Counted from the first letter of the stretch, positions 23,586 through 36,631 are shown. The stretch is DNA of 64,000 bases from Octopus vulgaris (GCA_951406725.2 OX597821.1:40362001-40426000); one strand, 5' to 3'. The notes: generated by a model not told the origin, from the sequence alone. Translations and numbers: made by a program.

Positions 23586-23731
23586 TGCAGGCATGGTTGT
23601 GTAGTAAACTTGCTTCCCAACTACATAGTTCCAGGTTCAGTCCCACCTTCTGGTACCTAAAGCAAATGTCTTCTACTGTAGCCTTGGGCAGACCAAAGCT
23701 TTGGTAGAAACTGAAAGAAGCCCGTTGTATT

Positions 23732-23760
<29 letters not shown>
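23586..23760 (+). mobile_element. CORE-type SINE (family A), 5' half
   Basis: GCAGGCATGGTTGTGTAGTAA...GGTTCAGTCCCAC. Confidence 0.7.
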
Positions 23761-23766
<6 letters not shown>

Positions 23767-23866
23767 ACACACACACGCACAACAGAATTTTTTGTGCATA
23801 GGCACACACATCACACACATGCACAAACACATATATATGTATATGTGTATGTGTGTGCACACATAT

Positions 23867-24074
23867 ACTCTTTTACTCTTTTACTTGTTTCAGTCATGTG
23901 ACTGTGGCCATGCTAGAGCACCACCTTTAGTCAAGCAAATCGACCCCAGGACTTATTTTTTGTAAGCCTAGAACTTATTCTATCAGTCTCTTTTGCCGAA
24001 CTGCTAAGTTACGGAGACGTAAACACACCAGCATCGGTTGTCAAGCGATGTTGGTGGGACAAACACAAGCATAT

Positions 24075-24105
<31 letters not shown>

Positions 24106-24244
24106 CATATATACGACAGGCTTCTTTCAGTTTCCATCTACCAAATCCACTCACAAGGCTTTGGTCGGCCCAAGGCTATAGTAGAAGACACTTCCCCAAG
24201 GTGCCACGCAGTGGGACTGAACCCGGAACCATGTGGTTCGTAAG
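23867..24244 (-). mobile_element. CORE-type SINE (family A), with the extreme 5' end missing
   Basis: Matches 8047-8469. Confidence 0.9.
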
Positions 24245-24782
24245 CGTATATAACATGTGTGAATGTGTGTTTGTATCACCATCATACAAGTGATACAGTT
24301 TGTTTCCAGACTTCTGTAGAAACATGTCTTAGAAACAAGTGAGGGTTGGGCACAGGAAGGCATTCAACTCTGAGAAGATGATGATGATGATGTTGATGGT
24401 AGTGTTGGTGATGATGGTCATGAGGAGGAAGAAGAGGAGGCAGAGGATGTAAGCTTGTTTTTGCAGTTGTTAGATCTCTAAGTAAATATATAATATAAGA
24501 AGGTAATTCTTCAACATGGGAACATGCTAAATGAAGAGAATGGTAAACGTATGAGAAACAAGTTTCGAATATTTAATTTTGTTAACGTAAAGAGAGAATT
24601 ATTAACACGGCAAAGGTTTAAAGGTTCACCTGTTGCAGCAGATGCAAAACGGTGTTAATTATCGACTCTGCATTACTCGAGAACATTTTCACAACTTAAC
24701 ACTTCAGCTGCCAGTTCTGCAACAGGAATTAACCCTTAAAAGGTGTGAGAGCATTTTAGGTTGTAGCTTATTGTAGTGTGTA

Positions 24783-24813
<31 letters not shown>

Positions 24814-24864
24814 TACTTATCCTGAGGGCTACCAGTTAACATACCCAAGATCAAGGTGAAATGA

Positions 24865-25168
24865 TTATTATTCATGGATTATTATGACATGAATTATAAT
24901 TATGTCTTATGAATTATGACTTATGAATTATTACCATGACTTATGAATTACGATGATGACTTAAGAATTATTATTATGACTTACAAATTATTTTTATGAC
25001 TTAGGAATTATTATGACATGAATTATTACTATGACTTATGAATTACAATTATGACTTATGAATCATTATTATGACTTGCAAATTATTATTATTATGACTT
25101 ATGAATCATTATTATGACTTGCAAATTATTATTATTATGACTTATGAATTATTGTGATTTATGAATTC
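24865..25168. repeat. Minisatellite with 14-20 bp unit (ATT)nATGACTTATGA
   Basis: Direct reading of roughly 17 degenerate units. Confidence 0.9.
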
Positions 25169-26832
25169 AAACTATATTCAGTCAGAATGGAGCAACAAAA
25201 TATTTTTAGAAGTGTCCTATATATATTTTTTTTTTATTGTTCCAAGATAACTGTAACAGAAGATCAAAGAATTCCTTTGATAATAATGTTTTCTTAATAA
25301 TCATCAGAACCACTTACACTCACATGACAGCCATCAAATTTTGCTAACAGCAATTCTTGTGTTGTTATTGAGAAAAAACTGCTTTGATAATTTGTGGCAA
25401 ATTTTATTTTTATTGCAACTCTATTTTTTTCCCTCTGCTTGTGTGTATGTATGTTTGCTTGCATGCGTGCGTACCTGAGAATCCATGCTTTGTTAAACCA
25501 GTTTTGTGAGCTTATATTTCAAAATAGTCCACTTTTCTTGAAGCTTTATTGTAAATGGGTTTTATTTACCTCACCCAACTGGAAAACTGCCTATCAGTAA
25601 TCTTTTATCATACTTCGATCACTTGTTCAAGATATAAAAGGCTATGGCTTGGGATTTATCCTGATTTATTTTCAGAAACTCCAAAACATGACTAAATAAC
25701 TTTTGGCTCACATTATTCTATAAGGGATCTACTACATGGTCATTCAACATATTGGAAACAAAATCCAAATCTCCATCAGATAACACCATACCATCTTAAA
25801 GAAGGTTATATTGAAAAATTAAATCACTTTGCTCTCTTTAAGATAGCATGTTAGAGCTTGAATTAAAATTTATTAACAGATACCTATCACACCATCACTA
25901 GTAAAGCCTATCCCAACAGCTAACTTGCTAAACAAATTTGTTACCGACAGTGCTTGCTCATCAGTGGTTCACTCTTGGATTCAATTATTCCATAGCAGAT
26001 GCGAATGTCATTACAATATATTAATTATTTATAATTACCAAAATATTTTCAGTTTAAAATTAATTCTAAATGATATTGAAATTTTACATTGAATTTATGA
26101 AGAAAATATTTTAAAATATTAATGTGTACATGTCATGATTGCTTGAATGATTTCTTCAGCTCATGTGGCAAGGTAACTGGTTGTGCTGTAGCAACTATTG
26201 TATGATGTAATCATCAACAATAAATAAATCAATAACGCCACCAATTTTAACGGGAAGTAAAAGTTATTATTGCCTCCTCTTAATTTATGCATTACTTTTA
26301 TGAACTCGATTGGTAAATTACTGTCTCAAATCATTTAATTCTATGGTAATCAAAGTGCCTCCGTGATTTGTTTTACCAAAAGTGTGCAACATAATAATAC
26401 GATGTGAATCAAAATATTTAAGAAAATGATGAAGCAGATTTCACTTAAGTTCTCTAAAAATTTTAATGATTGACTGAAAAGAAAGAAAAGGAGCCAATGG
26501 TAGCTCCAACATTGTTTTAGTAACTCACCAAAGTAGGTGTGATCTGGGTTGAGCAAAATCAATAGAAGTGTTCAGTCTTGAACAGTATCTTAACCTGCAA
26601 CTTGTAACCCAACCTATCAAGACATTATGTGTACATGTGGGTCTGTGTATCTATAAGAAGTTTATTTCCCAGTCGCAAGGTTCTGGGTTCAATACCACTG
26701 TGTAGCATCTTGGGCAAGTGTCTTCGACTATAACCTTGGGTGATCCTTGTGAGTGGATTTAGTCGATGGAAACTGAAAGAAGCCCATCATGTGTGTGTGC
26801 GTGTGTATTTGTCCTCTTCTACTACTTGACAA

Positions 26833-27272
26833 CTACACCTTTTCTACAGATCCTGCAGGGCCATCTACCTGAAGGGGTTTGTGAGTTGTCTGCTTTCCTA
26901 CTTACGAAGATTTTGGTTTTTACTAGGTTAAATCTAAGGCCTTTTGATTCTAGACCTTGCTTCCATACCTGGAACTTCTCTAGTTCTGGTAGTGATTCAG
27001 CTATAAGAGCAAGATCACCAGCATAGAGGAGCTCGCAGGGGCAGCCTGTCTTGAATCCCTCTTTTATTGCATGATGAACAAGAGGGGGCTGAGCACTGAT
27101 CCTTTGTGAACCCCTACTTCTACTCTGAATTCTTCACTGTAGTCATTGCCAGCCCTCACCTTACTGGTAACACCCTTGTACAAGGCTTGTACATCTCTTA
27201 CCAACCACTTGTCTATCCCTAGTTTCTGCATGGACCACCAGATAAGAGATCAGGGACTCCTGTCAAAGGCTT
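26833..27272 (-). pseudogene. RTE-type reverse transcriptase fragment
   Basis: AFDRSP*SLIWWSMQKLG...RVEVGVHKGSVLSPLLFIM, then ELLYAGDLALIAES (YADD degenerate), GLRFNLVKTK and GRWPCRICRKGV. Confidence 0.92.
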
Positions 27273-27383
27273 ATGTGTGTATAGCATATATATATGTATG
27301 TATATACATACATACATACACACATCATCATCATCATCATCATCATAAACGATGATGATGATGATGATGATGATGTGTGTATG

Positions 27384-27425
<42 letters not shown>

Positions 27426-28399
27426 CATATATATACACATATATGTATATACATATACAGACACGCATACACACACACATGTTTTTACAATTGAATTGAT
27501 ACATATTTGTGTAATGGAATATTTTTATATTTGATTATGTTTGTACACACACAAACTATATCTGTGTGTATATTTGTATTTGTGTTTCAGAACCATATTA
27601 ACTCTTTAAAAGGAAATCACAATATTCAGAAATGATAATTGAAGAAGTCTGGGACAGGTCAAACCAAATCATACTTAAACATATTCTAAATATGTTTAAC
27701 TTACATAAAACTGCTTATTTGTACTTTAGATTGTGAGAAGAACATGAGATAGTAATTTTGACTGTAAATACACCTTTGAGGTGGAACATCTGTGCAGGAT
27801 AATCGACCTCAGTAAAAGTTTGAAATGCACATTGAAGTAAATATATATCTATTTTATACCTGTCTATGTTTTTGGTGAGTTGGTTCAAATTGTGGCATTT
27901 AGACTGCCATATTTTACAACACTATGCATTCCACTATCTAATAATATTCTTCGTTTTTACTTACCCGCTATGTTGCTATGTTGCCAGTTAAATAGTACAA
28001 GAGAAACTTGGTTCTTTAACAGTTTGTCTTCAAAATATAAAACATTTTGCAGATAGAACAAGAGGGACAGACAGGTTGTGATTGTGGAGATGCCTGTTAG
28101 GAAGCCTGCTTGCTTTTCCGGTAGAAATCATTTAAAAACATTAGCAGATAAATTTATACTTGAGTAAATCAAACCTGTCGTATGCTGAAAAATGATTATA
28201 AATATTGAATATTGAATATTGATTATTGAACAGTTAGAAAGCCAACCAAAGTATATAATAATTTCATATAAATTTTAAAACAAATGTAAGATGTTTCTTC
28301 TTGTTTAATCATACTGATTTGTGTTACATTTCAAGTATGAAACACTGAAAGATACACAGTAAATACGACTGTGTGCTTATATAAGCTGTGTCAGCAGAG

Positions 28400-29080
28400 T
28401 TGATATCCTAGAAACCATCTTGGAAATGCCACCCATCAACCATTCCCTCTCCATATTTCATCCCCTAACACCCATCACTTCTCTATCACCTGTGAGCAGA
28501 ACAAGCACATATTACATCCCCTGGCTATCTCGATTACTTTTCTTCTCCCACCCCAAGCTACATCTATTTCCCATCATCTTCCTCCATCAATACCCTAGCT
28601 TTGCTATCATCTCCACCACCACATCACTCTCCTTTCTTTGCCCACAGGGGATCCATGTACCTACTCTACAGCAAGGCACTTATCTGTGTCCCTCCTTACC
28701 TTTAATCTCTCAACTGGTACACCCCTCTGTACTACTCCTGCTTCCCAATTGAGGGGGTTTTGTCTTGCAAGGTACCTGGTGACCCTCTCGGTGATGGTGC
28801 CATATAAAAAGCGCCAGTACTGATGCCACATAAAAAGTAATGGACCTGGTGCCATGTACAAAAATGCTGGTGCTGGTGCTACATAGAAAGCACCCAGTGC
28901 ACTCTCGGAATGGTTGGCATTAGGAAGGGCATGCAGCTTTATAAACTATGCCAAAGCAGACAATGGACCCTGGTGTAACTCCTGGTCTTGCCAGTTCATT
29001 TCGAACCCTTGAACCCATGGAAGCACAGAAAACAGACATCAAATGATGATGATGATGATAATGATGATGATGATGATGAT
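28400..29080 (+). mobile_element. LINE 3' region ending in (GAT)n (RTE-type family)
   Basis: GTGCCAyATAAAAAGC subrepeats, GGCATTAGGAAGGGCAT and a (GAT)n tail. The 5' boundary is approximate. Confidence 0.65.
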
Positions 29081-29114
29081 ATCTCAACTTAAGGGAGTTA
29101 ACTCAAACTTATGT

Positions 29115-29151
<37 letters not shown>

Positions 29152-29170
29152 ATCTCTATCTATCTATCTG

Positions 29171-29217
<47 letters not shown>

Positions 29218-30093
29218 ATGTGTGAGTATGAGTGAGTGTGTATGTGTGTGTGCGTTTATTATTGTCATTTGCGACAACATTGTTTATGGTTGCACTGTGG
29301 TCAGTCATGCATATTGATGATAATTCCTGGCAACAAAATCGTTCATTATTTCTGCTCTCTCACATTCCTCTGGATAAAAAAAAAATCTATACTTTGAAAA
29401 ACAGCTGAGGTTTGGTAACAGTAATAGAATCTTTTCTTGGTATTTACTTCCATCTAAACCATGCTAGCATGAAAACAGACATTAAGCCAAGCATATATTT
29501 TTCTGTGAGCATGTGTGTGCGTGGAGAGGGAGGGCGAGATATCATCATCATCATCATTTAATGTGTGGCCTCTTTGTTGGCCTGTGTTGACTGGTTTAAT
29601 AGCATCTGATGAGTTGACATCGTCCAACACTGGAATGCTTTTTATCGTAGGTCACCCCCTCCTAACACCAACTACTTTATACTGTGTAGTTGGTGCAATG
29701 AGGCTTATCTAAAGAATTATTTGAAACAAGATATCCCAATGCTTCACAAGAAAAAGAAGCACAGATGCAATAAGGACACAACCAAGATGACTGAAGTTCA
29801 AAAACACCAAAACGTGACTCAAGTAACAAATTCAAAGAATAAATAGTGGTGTTTATTTATATATTTCATGTCAGAGGAAGGGAAGTAACTCTTTAGTTTC
29901 CCTCCTGTAGAACAACCAAGTGAGGAGTGAGGAGTGATGAGTGATGAGTGTGTCAACAGATATCTTGAGTAAAGAATAAATTGGAAGTCCATTATTAACG
30001 ATAATTTTTCAATGACATTTTATGAGGTCTATATTGAAAAAACTGAAGCAATATTAGCAACAGTAAAAAAAGTTCAACAACTAATCTACTGAA

Positions 30094-30268
30094 ACAGTTC
30101 TACCTTTAAGAGATGAGGAATTATGTACATTATTTACATTTGACGGATATTTGTCCTCATCTTGTTTGTTGTTAACACAACGTTTCGGCTGATATACCTT
30201 CCAGCCTTCATCAAGTGTCTTGGGGAACTTTTGAACCTGGGTTCTCATTCCTAAGGTATTTTTCCATG

Positions 30269-30306
<38 letters not shown>

Positions 30307-30666
30307 GAGTAAGAGAGCAGTTCATGCCATCAAAGTGACACTGGGGTAAAATATACGAAGCCCAATATACCCATCATGACTACCCGTCTGATAAGGGTAC
30401 ACCAGGCACATGCATCACAACCATATGTGCGCGACATGGTGATCTCATATCAAGATAAACAGCACATGACCTTGCAGGTGGGGCCCAGTTAGAATTTTCT
30501 TCAGGTTGAGTAGCCCATCCCGCTCAAACGGTCCCTGAATAAGGGTTGTTTAAGGATGTTGAAAAAACCACCCATGTTTCCAGAGGTGAATTATTCAAAC
30601 CCCAAAGAATCCCTCTCAACACATGGCTATGATGCTCCCCCACTACTTCTGCTCGTGATTATTATT

Positions 30667-30701
<35 letters not shown>

Positions 30702-30860
30702 CATTATTATTGTTCAGGTCACTGCCTGAAATCGGACTTGGAATCTTGGGGTTAGTAGCCCATGCTCTTAACCACTACACCATGGGTATATGGTATAGTG
30801 GTTAAGAATGTAGGCTACTAACCCCAGGATTCTGAGTTCGATTCCAGTGACCTGAATAAC

Positions 30861-30891
<31 letters not shown>

Positions 30892-31030
30892 TGGAAAAAT
30901 ACCTTAGGAATGAGAACACGGGTTCGAAATTTCTCCAAGACACCTGATGAAGGCTGGAGGGTATATCAGCTGAAAGATTGTGTTAACAACAAACAAGATG
31001 AGGACAAGTATCTGTCAAATGTAAATAATG
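30094..31030. mobile_element. Head-to-head palindromic element, each arm = tRNA-like Pol III head + (AAT)n + hammerhead ribozyme
   Basis: Symmetry centre at about 30786. A-box TGGTATAGTGG at 30791-30801 and B-box GAGTTCGATTCC at 30834-30845, mirrored on the left. HHRs at 30174-30219 (-) and 30939-30984 (+). A roughly 35-bp tail on the left only. TSD TAATyTACTGAA at 30082-30093 and 31031-31042. Confidence 0.85.
30306..30659 (-). mobile_element. Nested retroelement 3' fragment inserted in the (ATT)n spacer of the left arm
   Basis: Absent from the right arm and bounded by (ATT)n on both sides. It shares AAACCCCAAAGAATC...CAACACATGGCTATGATGCTCCCC with about 39592-39755. Confidence 0.7.
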
Positions 31031-31297
31031 TAATTTACTGAAGTTTACAAGGCTGAAAAGGATAAAATAGTGAAAACAGTTTATGAATCTTGGGCAAGTC
31101 ATAAAATACAAATTGATATATTGTTCTCTCAACGGAGTTTTTAAGTAATCTTACTTAATGCAACAAATGTAAGTAGTTAGAAAAACATGATAGCATTGAT
31201 GCTGCAGATGAAGAAACGGAAAACAGATATAATGACAGATTTTCCTGGTGATTTTTAAAAATACATTAACCTCCCCGCAAGAATGGTTTCACAGATA

Positions 31298-31515
31298 TTG
31301 GTTTCAAATTTTGGCACAAGATCAGCAATTTCAGGGTGGGGTGGGAGTGGGGGTGGGGGTTAAGTCAGTTACTCAAGCCCAAAGCTCACTTACCTCTCAT
31401 TGATCCAAAAGGATGGAAGGCGAAGTCAACCTTGGCAGAATTTGAACTCAAAATATAGAGATAAATGAAATGCCACAAAGCATGTTGTCTGGCATGATAA
31501 CCATTCTGCCAGTTT
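31298..31515 (-). mobile_element. Diverged SINE family B variant
   Basis: GGATGGAAGGCGAAGTCAACCTTGGCAGAATTTGAACTCA. Its 3' part matches 59540-59750. Confidence 0.7.
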
Positions 31516-31861
31516 TTGCAGCCTTTATTTTCTCCCATATCAAAAGTAGATATCGGTTAGAGTTATTAATGTATTATGCAATGCTGACCAAAGAAGAGGG
31601 TTGCTAATTAATAAAATTTATTAATGATTTCAATCTCCTTGCGTAAATACAGGCTGGTAGTAAGAAATTATGACAGGAGGTAGCCATCTCAAGATAAAAT
31701 TTAATATCCATTAATTGTAGGTCCATCCTTAAGCAGACAACACTTTCCTGTTATTCTTGCATTTGCATCGATCATTTAAGGAATTACATGGTCAGAGTAC
31801 AGTTCAATTCTCCAGGAACATTCCTCCCTTCTCCTGACTTATCTCACAAAAATCTCTTTAA

Positions 31862-32083
31862 CATTTTCATTACTGTATTTCTGTTGAGATGCTCTGTGTT
31901 TCTCTCAATTAATTTTAAACATAACAAAGAATTTAGTAAAATAACTTAGTTATCATTAAGCTAGTGTTAGGAACATAAACTGTGACTAAGGTTCGATGGA
32001 AGATTTTAATTCAAAACATATGAAAACAAAACATTTGTACTCAGAGCCAGAGCCACTTTCAGCCAGGTTGGTAACAAAAAGGG
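31862..32083. mobile_element. piggyBac-like MITE
   Basis: TTAA at 31858-31861 and 32084-32087. Termini are CATTTTCATTAC (degenerate) and GTAACAAAAAGGG. Confidence 0.6.
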
Positions 32084-32819
32084 TTAAGACATTCAAAAGA
32101 GCTAAAAATAACTTCTTTTGAAACAGTTCTTAAAAGCTAAGTACAACCAAGAAAAATTTTTTGAGAAAAATACTTTCACTAAAAACGTAACACCAAAAGA
32201 ATTATTAAAAGAAACAGTATCAGCAAACCCACTGCTTGTTCAGCATTATTGCATGATTATATCTTTGGAATTGGTTAAATTTTCAGTTTGTATGCTTTTA
32301 AAGCAATTATTAAACTGAAGTTGTTTTTAAGATTGTCGAATGCAAAGTCTATTTCAATGTATAAACATTTAAAAATAAAGTAGTTTTCTGTATTTTCACC
32401 TTCTTATCATTTTCAATATACTTAAAATCAGCATATTTGCTGTCACTATGGACAGCATGGGTGCACTAGTAAGAGAATAATACTCGATAACACCTGTGCA
32501 AAAAAAAAAAATGGAAAAAAAAAGATAATGAGGTTTAAATGTGTTTCACTTTTTCATTGTTATTTTAATATTTATTTGAGAAGGCCACCCACTTGCTGAC
32601 AAGTTGTTATAACAACAACAACAACGACGACGACGACGACGACGGTGGTGGTGGTGGTAGTGATGATGATGATGATGATGATGATGATAATTTCTTTTAT
32701 TAGCTACAGAGACATAGATGAGGGGGACATCACACAAGGACAGTCTTTAAACTGTATAGGCACTTACATAAAAGATGAGGAGAAAGAAATGGAAAAGCAG
32801 GTGAAATGTGATAAAAATA

Positions 32820-33196
32820 TAGGAGTGGCTGTGTGGTAAGTAGCTTGCTTACCAACCTTCATGGTTCTGAGTTCAGTCCCACTGTGTGGCACCTTGGACA
32901 AGTGTCTTGGGTTGACCAAAGCCTTGTGAGTAGATTTGGTAGACACAAACTGAAAGGAGCCCATCATATGTGTGTGTGTGTGTGTGTGTGTGTTTGTGTG
33001 TCTGTGTTTGTCCCCTCACTATCACTTGACAACCGATGTTGGTGTGTTTACATCCCCATAACTTAGAGGTTTGGCAAAAGAGACTGATAGAATAAGTTCT
33101 GGGCTTACAAAGAATAAGTCCTAGGGTTGACTTGTTCAACAAAAAGCAGTGCTCCAGCATGGCCGCAGTCAAATGACCGAAACAAGTAAAAGAATA
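32820..33196 (+). mobile_element. CORE-type SINE (family A)
   Basis: Matches 47590-48000. Confidence 0.9.
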
Positions 33197-34626
33197 CAAG
33201 AATAGCATACAAAGTTTGTGTTAACATAAATGATGCAGTCCTCCAGATAGGGGAGAAACTCTAACTGGAGCCAACTAACGAACCTCACAAATCCAGGATT
33301 ACCCTGACCACTAAAAGCATGGCTCCTGTTGTTCTCCAATTTACAGCCTATTCACCCTATCCATTTCTCTCACAGTCACCCATCTTTTCACAAATTCACA
33401 AGGAGGTAGCACTTGCCTCTCCACCCATACCTTTCTTTCCAAATAAAACTTTACAAAGTGGATGAGGGCTTGAAAGGGGAAGATGTCTTTTCTCAATTGT
33501 TTCAGCCTCGTCCACCACACAATCTCTTTGGCCAAATCCACAAGACAGAGGAACACTACCTGCTTTGCTTTGTTAAAGGTGAGCAGTGAGGCAATCTTCA
33601 CACTGGCTTCAACCAATAGTCAGATTCCTCTGACATGCAATAATACCTGTTCAAGATAACTACACAACTCAACAATGCTTGCACACAGCACAATGCATGC
33701 AGCAAAGGTTCATTACTTCGTGTGCATCTTAGACAGTGCCACCTGGCAGCTAAATCTTTTCCTGTGAGACAGGCATCTTAATGACTGACTGAACAACCAT
33801 GATAGGTAACAGCACAACTGAAATTAAGTTTTACTAGTGGACTGGTAGACAAGTGGTTATCCAACCAGAATAATGTGATGACCACAAATCCTTTGAAGAG
33901 AAACATTTACAGACAGGAGAGATAATGGATATGTCTAGTCTATATCCTGAGATATCAAAGTGTTAATCTATCTTTTAAAAGAAGAAACAAATTTATGATA
34001 GAATAAAAAAAAAGACAGGATTTTAGATCGGATTCATATTTATGCTTTGATTTATATTTCCATTTAACTAATTTTGGTCTGTTTGTTTTGTAATTTATAT
34101 TTTTAAAAATTTTTACTGTTGTTATTTTGCTTTTGTTTTTTATTTTGTATTTTGATGACTTACGTCTATATGAATGTATAAGTTACACAGAATAATGAGA
34201 ATGTTAATAATACAAAGGAATATAAAATGGTAGCAAACTGAACACGAGTGAGCAGTGCTATCAAAGCCACTCATCAGATGAGGAGTCAGTACACAGCTAC
34301 TGTTGTGTCATATTTATTCATACAATAGCATGATATGGAAAACCCAACAACTCACAGCTGTTACCATGGCACAGAAACAATTGTTGTGATTTGTGATTAA
34401 AACTTGTTTATTTCATCCTTTTGCTTCATAAATTTTAAAATTTTAATATAAATTCTGCATAGACTAATGGATTTCCACATGTATATCCAATAAAAGGAGT
34501 AATCCTGATGTTTGATGGCATATGGTAGCTGATAACTGTATAGAATCTTTGAAATGCACATTACAAGGTTATTACCCAGATGATATATATATATATATTA
34601 GAAGGTTTGAAGATGATGTACAGGTA

Positions 34627-35013
34627 TCTCTCTCTCTATATAAACGGCAGTTTGTCTGTGCGTTTTCTGTGTGTCTGTTTTCTCATACCCTCACACTGAC
34701 CACGGCTTTCAACCGATTCTGATGAAACTTGACACACACATAGCCCAATGTCATAATTCAAAACTAACGCAGTGAAAATTTTGAAAAGTTCCCCCAGTTC
34801 TGAAAAAATCGATAAATTCGACATGGGGTCGACAATCAGAAACCCAAACCACAGACCGTCTAGGGGACGCAACTCCACCTTTTTTAACTCTCCAAAAAAA
34901 AAATTTACCATCATTTTTTTCCATTTTTTTGCTATTTTTTGGCTATAACTCTCTAAAAATGCTTTATAGTTATTTCCCTTACAAACCTGAGCAACGCCGG
35001 GCGATACTGCTAG
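34627..35013 (+). mobile_element. Non-autonomous Helitron
   Basis: 5' TC follows A and 3' CTAG precedes T, with no TSD. A subterminal GC-rich hairpin CCTGAGCAACGCCGGG lies at 34986-35001. Confidence 0.8.
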
Positions 35014-35016
35014 TTA

Positions 35017-35210
35017 TATATTAGAAGAAATGAGGTACTCAGAAATCTGGATGATTTTATATTTACAGAATCTTCCATTTGAAGACTCCACTAGAGTGGG
35101 CAAAAGCACTAATATATGATATATGATTTATAAAAACATGTGACATATTAATAAATATCTGTAAATATAAAACCACCCAGATTTCTGAGTACCTCATTTC
35201 TTCTAATATA
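35017..35210. mobile_element. TA-flanked foldback with 53-bp arms
   Basis: Arms at 35017-35069 and 35158-35210. The loop holds a possible decayed HHR, TTGAAGA-CTCCACTAGAGTGGGC-AAAA. Confidence 0.7.
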
Positions 35211-35242
35211 AAAATATATATATGTATATATATGTTATCCAT

Positions 35243-35645
35243 AGACGCTGGCATGGCTGTGTAGTAAGTAGCTTGCTTACCAGCCACATGGTTCTGAGTT
35301 CAGTCCCACTGTGTGGCACCTTGGGCAAGTTTCTTCTACTATAGCCTCAGGCCAACCGAAGCCTTGTGAGTGGATTTGGTGGGATAGAAACTAAAAGAAG
35401 CCTGTCATATCTATATATATGTATATATGTGTGTGTTTGTATGTCTGTGTTTGCCCCCCACACCCCCACCCCAAAATCACTTGACAACTGATGCTGGTGT
35501 GTTTATGTCCCCGTAACTTAGCGGTTCAGCAAAGAGGCCTATAGAATAAGTACTAGGCTTACAAAGAATAAGTTCTAGGGTTGATTTGTTTGACTAAAGG
35601 CGGTGCTCCAGCATGGCCATAGTCAGTTGACTGAAACGAATAAAA
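35243..35645 (+). mobile_element. CORE-type SINE (family A)
   Basis: Matches 47590-48000. Confidence 0.9.
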
Positions 35646-36156
35646 AAAATTCTTTTAAACACATATACACACACTATAGAAGATGGAATCTGAAGAGGTC
35701 TGTAATATATATACTATGTGTTTGTGTGGCTGTATGTGTGCATGTGTGCACGTACATGTGAGATTATGTTTGCGTGAGTGAGAATGTATTTCTCCTCATC
35801 TTCCTGTGTGTTCATTGACTGTATGCACAATCCTCCCATAAACAGTGGCACTTGCTTACAGTCCACCACAAAAGCATGCAGAAAATTCTTGATATGTTTT
35901 ACAATTTTTGTAAAAATTAAAAAAAAACTTCACCATTCATACAAAGGCTATTGTGTGATTCCACTCCTCCTCATAACCATGGCAACATTGGTCATTGTTT
36001 GATAGACTGCAGGATTATTATGCTTTTTGGAAACAGGTTAGGGTTGGCATCAGGAAAAGCATCCAGCTGTACAAATACTCTAGCTTGGGTTTCACACCAT
36101 GGGTCTCATTTGACCCATGCAAACATGGAAAAGTAGAAGTTAAAACAGTGATGACA

Positions 36157-36188
<32 letters not shown>

Positions 36189-36530
36189 ATGCATATGTGT
36201 GTGTGTATTTGTGTCTGTGTTATTTGCGTAAATATATAATATATTTTATTTTCTCAAGTTCTGTTAAAGTACATTTGTTTCAGATAAAGAAAATATGTAT
36301 TGAATTATATACATACATACATACATGTGTGTGTATGTATGTGTGTGTATACATACACACACACATATATATATATATACACATATATATACATATATGT
36401 ATGTACATATATATATGTAATTATATATCATCATTAAACGATGATGATGATGATGATGATGATATATACATACATATATATATATATATATATGTATATG
36501 TACATACATATATACATATACATATACATA

Positions 36531-36588
<58 letters not shown>

Positions 36589-36600
36589 TGAGTGTGTGTG

Positions 36601-36631
<31 letters not shown>

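Noticed and set aside
24813-24860. ATACTTA.CCTG resemblance to the U1 snRNA 5' end
   Set aside because: The similarity does not extend, and there is no Sm site or U1 stem-loops.
30791-30850. Functional tRNA gene
   Set aside because: A and B boxes are present but there is no proper acceptor stem and it is embedded in a repeat. The other SINE heads were rejected for the same reason.
31333-31359. G-quadruplex-like G-run tract
   Set aside because: It is an expanded G-rich linker within a SINE, with no evidence of function.
34719-34730. CTGATGAAAC as a hammerhead core
   Set aside because: There is no helix II or downstream GAAA. It lies inside the Helitron.
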